A stretch of 64,000 bases of DNA from an uncultured Gammaproteobacteria bacterium. GTDB taxonomy: Bacteria; Patescibacteriota; Microgenomatia; Levybacterales; UBA12049. The stretch is from positions 8,456 through 72,455 of the forward strand of contig CAZSWA010000005.1 of NCBI GenBank assembly GCA_964610465.1, read 5' to 3'. The notes under the pieces are model-generated. The model worked only from the letters and a program-made list of their open reading frames with translations, was not told where the DNA came from and searched no databases. A program made the position numbers and the translations under genes. Positions 58,236-64,000 of this stretch are shown one piece after another. Position 1 is the first letter of the stretch; every line of letters begins with the position of its first letter.

Positions 58236-59194
58236 TCCATTTTGAAGAAATAGCCGATAAGGATTTTCATATCTTTTTAAAAGACTTAACTAGTCATTTT
58301 ATCTATACATTGGGAATAATTTTTGTTTCATCAATCATTACCTACGTTGCCGTTATCTTTTTTCTCAAAAGCAATATTAAACTTTTGTCTTCACCAAAGA
58401 TAACAAACACTGTTGTTCTTCCTAATCCGAAAGAAGATTTATATGTTGAGAAGGGAAGCCCTTATGACGATAGAACAGTGGGAAGTGAAAGCGCAGATGT
58501 CATTTTTCATGGCCCAAGGAACAAAAAACAAATTGCAATTACATTTGATGCAGAGATGACAGACGGGATGAAGGCTGCATATCTTTCAGGACAAGTAAAA
58601 AGCTCATATGATAAACGCATTATTGATATTCTCAATAAGACTCATACCAAAGCAACACTTTTCTTAACAGGCATGTGGATTGAGTTGTATCCTAATGAAA
58701 CGAAAGAGTTTTCTGAAAATCCATTATTTGAGTTGGGGAGTCATTCATATACTGATAGTTCATATCACGGATTTTGTTATGGCTTAAAACAGATTCCATC
58801 AACTCTAGCAATTGAAGAAATCGGTGCAACTGAAAAACTTCTTAGAGAACATGCTGGAATTGATAATAGACTTTTTCGATTTCCAGGAGGATGTTATACT
58901 CCAGATGACGTAAAACTGGTCAATCAAGCCAATGATATCGTAGTGCATTGGGATGTAGTTGGAGCAGATGGATTTAATACAAATACCAGTCAAATTATCA
59001 GAAATGTTGTTGATAATACTCAAAATGGGTCCATTATTGTTCTTCATATGAACGGAGCACCAACAGCACCAAAAACAGCAGATGCATTACCGGAAATAAT
59101 TTCAGAGCTGAAAGCAAAAGGGTTTGAATTTGTCAAAGTAAATGAATTATTAGGTATGCCTCCTGAGCCACATGATAGAAATTATTACAAATAG
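58232..59194 (+). CDS. Polysaccharide deacetylase (CE4/NodB) family, membrane-anchored
   Basis: IAITFD, KATLFLTG.W, GSHSY, FRFPGG, GSIIVLH, LKAKGFEFV; GTGA overlap with the upstream gene. Confidence 0.88.
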   Translation: MIHFEEIADKDFHIFLKDLTSHFIYTLGIIFVSSIITYVAVIFFLKSNIKLLSSPKITNTVVLPNPKEDLYVEKGSPYDDRTVGSESADVIFHGPRNKKQIAITFDAEMTDGMKAAYLSGQVKSSYDKRIIDILNKTHTKATLFLTGMWIELYPNETKEFSENPLFELGSHSYTDSSYHGFCYGLKQIPSTLAIEEIGATEKLLREHAGIDNRLFRFPGGCYTPDDVKLVNQANDIVVHWDVVGADGFNTNTSQIIRNVVDNTQNGSIIVLHMNGAPTAPKTADALPEIISELKAKGFEFVKVNELLGMPPEPHDRNYYK

Positions 59195-59227
59195 AAGAGG
59201 CTAAGATTTTAATTAAATCTTTTTCTT

Positions 59228-59428
59228 TTAAGTTTGAGGTGAACCTTTCCATGCTTTTCCCAGTTTTCTTCGTTGTCTTTCAGGATTCGCCAGCGGTAAT
59301 TGATTATCCTGTCTCAAATTGTAATAATCTTTTTTTCCGAAATACGTGTTCGTGCGAAGTTTCTGGAGATTTTTATATGCTGTAGCAGAAAAATCAAGCC
59401 CCGAATATTTATATTGTTCCTTTGCCAT
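59228..59428 (-). CDS. Small basic hypothetical protein
   Basis: 66-aa ORF in intergenic space with an upstream TTGCGT...TGgTATAAA promoter-like sequence. Confidence 0.45.
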   Translation of the reverse strand: MAKEQYKYSGLDFSATAYKNLQKLRTNTYFGKKDYYNLRQDNQLPLANPERQRRKLGKAWKGSPQT

Positions 59429-59523
59429 AACTCATAAATAATATTTTATACCAAAATATTTAAAACACGCAACTGGTAAATATTCCTTTTGAAGCTAATT
59501 TATGGTAAGATAGAAAGACTCAT

Positions 59524-62244
59524 ATGAATATTTTAGCCAAATTTTTTGATACCAACTCACGAGAAATTACCCGATTTAAACCAATTATTGAGAGAATAAA
59601 TAATCTTGAGGAACAGTATAAAAAATTAAAGCCTACTGATTTTCCTAAAAAAACAGAAGAGTTTAAAGACAGAATCGCAAATGGACAATCACTTGATATG
59701 GTATTGCCTGAAGCCTTTGCATTAGTCCGGGAAGCAGCAAGACGCACAATTAGTCTTCGGCATTTTGATGTGCAGCTTATGGCAGCAATTACCTTGGCTG
59801 AAGGGAAAATCGCAGAACAAAAAACAGGAGAAGGAAAAACACTTTCCGCAATCCCAGCACTCTATTTGCATAGCCTGACTGGAAAAGGAGTACATCTTGT
59901 CACAGTCAATGATTATCTGGCACGACGTGACGCAGGATGGATGGGACCAATTCTTCATTTTCTAGGAGTATCAGTTGCATCAATTATCAATGAAACGTCC
60001 TACCTCTTTGACCCGGAATATACTGACACCCAGGCGATTGATTATCGACTCCTTCATCTTAGACAAATAAGCCGTCAGGAAGCATATAAGGCAGATATTG
60101 TCTATGGCATCAATTCAGAATTTGGTTTTGATTACTTGCGGGACAACATGGAACAAGATATCCACAATCTTCGACAGCGTGACTATTATTATGCAATTGT
60201 TGATGAAGTTGATTCAGTACTTATTGATGAAGCAAGAACTCCTCATATTATTTCAGCACCCGACGAAGCGCCATCTCAACGCTATTATGAATATGCTAAA
60301 GTAGTTGAAAAGCTTGTCCCAGATACTGATTATAAAATTGATGAGAAATTACGAACAGCCCATTTGACTGATCATGGCATAGGCAAGATTGAAAAACTCT
60401 ATGGTATTGCGGATATTTATGAGAAAGATTTTGATACTGTCTATCATTTGGAAGCAGCGCTCAAAGCTCGTGCCCTTTTCCATCGCGAGAAAGATTATAT
60501 TGTGAGAGACAATCAAGTAATCCTTGTTGATGAATTCACGGGTCGTCTTATGGAAGGTCGCAGACTTTCAGAAGGAATTCATCAGGCAATAGAGGCAAAA
60601 GAACGAGTCTCCATTCAAAGAGAATCAAAAACTCTGGCAACTGTGTCTCTTCAGAATTATTTCCGAATGTACGAGAAACTTGCGGGCATGACTGGAACTG
60701 CAGTGACAGAGGCAGAGGAGTTTAAAAAAATCTACAAACTTGATGTCGTAGTTATCCCAACGCACCGTCAAGTAACCCGTATCGATAATGCTGATGCAGT
60801 CTACAAAACAACCCGAGCCAAATATTCAGCAGTAGCAGTAGAGATTGAAAAAACGCACAGACGCGGACAACCGGTACTTGTCGGAACTACATCAATTGAA
60901 AAAAATGAAATTATTTCAGAGCTTCTCAAAAGAAAAGGGATAAAACATGAAGTATTAAACGCCAAGAATCATCCACGGGAAGCACAAATTATTGCCCAAG
61001 CCGGTAAAAAAGGCGCAGTAACGGTTGCAACCAACATGGCAGGCCGGGGTGTTGATATTATTTTAGGCGGAGATACGCCAAAACAAGATAATGGTTCTGC
61101 AAAGCAGAATACGCCGGAATGGAAAGCATGGGAGAAAGAGCATGAGGAAGTACTAAAGCTTGGGGGATTGTATGTTATCGGTACAGAGCGCCATGAATCA
61201 CGCCGCATTGATAATCAGCTTAGAGGTCGTGCAGGACGTCAGGGAGATCCAGGAACTTCACGTTTTTTTGTCGCCTTGGATGATGAGATCATGAGACTTT
61301 TTGGAGGAGATAGAATCGCCGGTATTATGACACGTTTTAATATGCCGGAAGATGTTCCTCTTGAGCATCCATTAGTGTCTCGAGCAATAGAGAACGCTCA
61401 GGTAAAAGTAGAAGGATTTTATTTTGATTCCCGTAAACATCTTGTTGAATATGATGATGTACTTAATAAACAAAGAGAAATTGTCTATAAATTGAGAAGA
61501 AAAGTATTAGAAACAGCAGCAGAATCAGGTGAAGCAATAAAGCTTGAAGTAAAAAAGAGATTGTCAGATGCAATTACGACCCTTGTTACTATTTCTCCTG
61601 CCAATGCATATGATGGGCATGCATCAGTGAATGAAAAAATTATTTCAGATTTTATCACGATAATTCCTTTTGATGAGATATCACAAAAACAGCTCGTAAC
61701 GCAGCTTGAACAACTGCATACATCAGAACAAAAAATCGACTTTCTCAATAAACTGACAAATGATGTATATGAACAAAAGGAAAAACAAGTGGGCGAAACG
61801 CTTATGCGGCAAATTGAACGGTTTGTGATGCTTTCTGTGATTGATAATTTGTGGATGAATCATCTGGATGCGATGGATAATTTGCGACAAGGTATTGGTC
61901 TTCGAGGATACGCACAAAAAGATCCGTTAGTTGAATACAAAAATGAAGGATTCCGTATGTTTGAACAACTGATGTGGGGAATAGATGATGAAATAGTTCA
62001 TAGAATCTTTAAGTTCCAAGTACAACCATCTGATGCTCCAGCTCCACAACCTCAACCTACTCATATAGATATTCATGCGATAACAAATGCACCGGCGAGT
62101 GAAATAGGAGAAGATGCAGCACAAAAGGCAAGACAATTACAACAACAGCATTCTTCAGAAAAAAAACTCGGCCGCAATGACCCTTGCTGGTGCGGAAGCG
62201 GCAAGAAATGGAAAAAGTGTCACTACCCATCCCTTGGACAATGA
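59524..62244 (+). CDS. secA: Protein translocase subunit SecA
   Basis: KTGEGKT, VTVNDYLARRD, DEVDSVLIDEARTP, ATNMAGRG, RRIDNQLRGRAGRQGDPG, SEC-C motif CWCGSGKKWKKCH. Confidence 0.99.
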   Translation: MNILAKFFDTNSREITRFKPIIERINNLEEQYKKLKPTDFPKKTEEFKDRIANGQSLDMVLPEAFALVREAARRTISLRHFDVQLMAAITLAEGKIAEQKTGEGKTLSAIPALYLHSLTGKGVHLVTVNDYLARRDAGWMGPILHFLGVSVASIINETSYLFDPEYTDTQAIDYRLLHLRQISRQEAYKADIVYGINSEFGFDYLRDNMEQDIHNLRQRDYYYAIVDEVDSVLIDEARTPHIISAPDEAPSQRYYEYAKVVEKLVPDTDYKIDEKLRTAHLTDHGIGKIEKLYGIADIYEKDFDTVYHLEAALKARALFHREKDYIVRDNQVILVDEFTGRLMEGRRLSEGIHQAIEAKERVSIQRESKTLATVSLQNYFRMYEKLAGMTGTAVTEAEEFKKIYKLDVVVIPTHRQVTRIDNADAVYKTTRAKYSAVAVEIEKTHRRGQPVLVGTTSIEKNEIISELLKRKGIKHEVLNAKNHPREAQIIAQAGKKGAVTVATNMAGRGVDIILGGDTPKQDNGSAKQNTPEWKAWEKEHEEVLKLGGLYVIGTERHESRRIDNQLRGRAGRQGDPGTSRFFVALDDEIMRLFGGDRIAGIMTRFNMPEDVPLEHPLVSRAIENAQVKVEGFYFDSRKHLVEYDDVLNKQREIVYKLRRKVLETAAESGEAIKLEVKKRLSDAITTLVTISPANAYDGHASVNEKIISDFITIIPFDEISQKQLVTQLEQLHTSEQKIDFLNKLTNDVYEQKEKQVGETLMRQIERFVMLSVIDNLWMNHLDAMDNLRQGIGLRGYAQKDPLVEYKNEGFRMFEQLMWGIDDEIVHRIFKFQVQPSDAPAPQPQPTHIDIHAITNAPASEIGEDAAQKARQLQQQHSSEKKLGRNDPCWCGSGKKWKKCHYPSLGQ

Positions 62245-62278
62245 TCCTGAAAGAATTAGTAAAGAATAGCTATTGTTT

Positions 62279-63976
62279 TTATCTTGAAGATTTTACCGTA
62301 ATACTTTTAGATGCTGTATTGCCTGTTGGATCAAATGCTCTTGCAGTAATCGTATAAGTAATACTGGATTTATTAGGGACATTCCATCCACAATTATATG
62401 GTGATAGTATGTCAGTACATAAGAGAGTTCCATTTACCAGTATTTGTACTTGTGTAACATTGACATCATCAGTTGCAGAGACTTTTATTACTATTTTTGT
62501 ACCTTTTGTCACAATACTATTATTTGTAGGATTGGTAATAGCTACTATTGGTGGTGTTGTGTCAGGAGGAATCGGAGTAGGTGTTGGCGTATTTGTCGGC
62601 ATTGGTGTACTAGTTGGAGTATTTGTTGGGATAGGTGTAGGAGTGAAAGTTGGAGTATTTGTTGGGATAGGTGTAGGAGTGAAGAATGGTGTTGGAGTCG
62701 GAATACCATTAGTACAATATCCAGGGGGTGGAGTTTGGATACCATTTGTATAGTTATAGAGTGTATCTAAGGATGGCCAATTCGCACTATTATTAAGTAC
62801 ATTCGCATACCATTCAATTGCTGATGTACGGTAACAATAAGCTAATTGAATAGTGGCCGGTAAATCGGAAGTAGTTAGACCGGATTGTGTCTGCCATTGA
62901 ATGAAATAGTCTGTTGGCCAGGAAGTTCCATCAGTTGCTTGTTGACCTGCATGCGCATAAGCATATTGGATACTGGAACAGGTCTGAGCAAAATCACACA
63001 CTCCTCCTGATAAACTCTGCGTTCCAAAGCCAAACCCTTTCTCAAGTGCCCAGAAACTTGCTGTTTGCTGCCAGCTCTCACCACTTACTCCTGTTACCGG
63101 GTCAACCCCACTATTTTTTGCTCCCCAGAAGCTATTAATCCCAAAAACTGTCTGAGTGGCACCATGATGTGTCCCTTTCCCAAACTGGCTAAAATCATTT
63201 TGACAAGTCGGTAAGGCATAATGCTGCCAGTTAGTAATATACTTATCCCAAGTGAACCCAAAAGTTGTATTGAAGTAATTCCATCGAGTATTTTGTGGAC
63301 CGTGACGAAGAGGGAATGATTCTCCGCCAAAACCAATAGCGCATCTGTCATACAATAATCTATCTTGATAATTCTGTGGAAGTGTTGCTATCCAAGATGC
63401 AACCTGGTCGACAAAATTCGTTTTCCAATCTTGTTGCCAAGTACCAGACCAATAGGCTGGTACTGCAGAGCCATCGTCTGTATCGCAAAAAAGTGCAGAC
63501 TGACTTGCTAATTTTTGTACTTCATAATCAGGGATTTCTTGTACTCCCCAGGAAGTATCTGAAGTACAGCCCGTGCTTTGTCCATTGTCTGCAATATCTT
63601 CTGTAACAATTGACCAAAATATAGGATGATTTGCACTAGTCATCAATTTATCAAGTTCATAACGATACATTGAAAAATCATAAACTCCAGGAGAAGGGTT
63701 TACTCTCGCCCAAATAACTTTCATCATAGCATAATTTCCGTCAGGATTAGTAAGAATTGCTTGATTAAAGTTCAAAGGATCTGTTGAAGCTGAATCAAAC
63801 TGTCCATTTACTTGAATAGGAGTCTGGGGATTCGAGCTTGCTGCTGCTCTTAAGGAAAGAGGTTTATTTCCATGAAAAGTACGCATTAAGAAAAGTATCG
63901 TGAGAGAAAAAAACGCAACAATAAAAAAACTTGACAGATATTTAAAGTTTATATTATCTTTTTGAGGTTTCTTCAC
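62279..63976 (-). CDS. Exported glycoside-hydrolase-like protein (GH-A/beta-galactosidase-like barrel) with PT linker and Ig-like domain
   Basis: N-terminal TM; WARVNPSPGVYDFS and VPAYW; PT repeats; DTTPP.V.IT.P...ATDDV.V..V...PY...W...YTITARAFD..GN Ig-like domain. Confidence 0.7.
   Translation of the reverse strand: MKKPQKDNINFKYLSSFFIVAFFSLTILFLMRTFHGNKPLSLRAAASSNPQTPIQVNGQFDSASTDPLNFNQAILTNPDGNYAMMKVIWARVNPSPGVYDFSMYRYELDKLMTSANHPIFWSIVTEDIADNGQSTGCTSDTSWGVQEIPDYEVQKLASQSALFCDTDDGSAVPAYWSGTWQQDWKTNFVDQVASWIATLPQNYQDRLLYDRCAIGFGGESFPLRHGPQNTRWNYFNTTFGFTWDKYITNWQHYALPTCQNDFSQFGKGTHHGATQTVFGINSFWGAKNSGVDPVTGVSGESWQQTASFWALEKGFGFGTQSLSGGVCDFAQTCSSIQYAYAHAGQQATDGTSWPTDYFIQWQTQSGLTTSDLPATIQLAYCYRTSAIEWYANVLNNSANWPSLDTLYNYTNGIQTPPPGYCTNGIPTPTPFFTPTPIPTNTPTFTPTPIPTNTPTSTPMPTNTPTPTPIPPDTTPPIVAITNPTNNSIVTKGTKIVIKVSATDDVNVTQVQILVNGTLLCTDILSPYNCGWNVPNKSSITYTITARAFDPTGNTASKSITVKSSR
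62612..62683. repeat. Perfect 36-nt tandem duplication in the PT linker (FTPTPIPTNTPT x2)
   Basis: agttggagtatttgttgggataggtgtaggagtgaa occurs twice, with a degenerate third copy at 62576-62611. Confidence 0.9.
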
Positions 63977-64000
63977 AAAATTATAAGCTATATATTTTTA

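Noticed and set aside
62576-62683. 36-nt direct repeats as a possible CRISPR array
   Set aside because: The repeats are contiguous with no spacers, lie in frame in a Pro/Thr linker, and there are no cas genes.

Overview
AT-rich bacterial chromosome segment read in standard code 11 (serS and secA end in TGA). Several features point to a Patescibacteria/CPR genome, probably Microgenomates; this is an inference from short InfB and AlaRS, a sortase, an FtsA-like/baseplate-J-like membrane protein, a protease-less Lon and many Pro/Thr-linker surface proteins. The housekeeping core is nusA-infB-(DHH-like)-rpsO-pnp, rnj, ftsK, rodZ-like, mltG, alaS, rpoB-rpoC-rpsL-rpsG, lepA, groES-groEL, murJ, rpsT, serS and secA. 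I found no rRNA, tRNA, CRISPR array, transposase or prophage. The most unusual region is 1-11.8 kb, with two non-canonical Clp/Hsp100 ATPases beside a subtilase, a small membrane protein and a vWA adhesin. One ATPase has prion-like termini and two copies of a ~60-aa helical module that also occurs in the upstream protein; the other is membrane-anchored with a degenerate first ring. Other notable items: a Zn-finger/anti-sigma-like orphan followed by a candidate structured RNA where fusA normally follows rpsG; a repeat-like 24-nt unit in frame inside alaS; a 65-bp identical tract between tandem cyclophilins; a terminator-like hairpin in the rpoB leader; and many promoters placed for leaderless translation.
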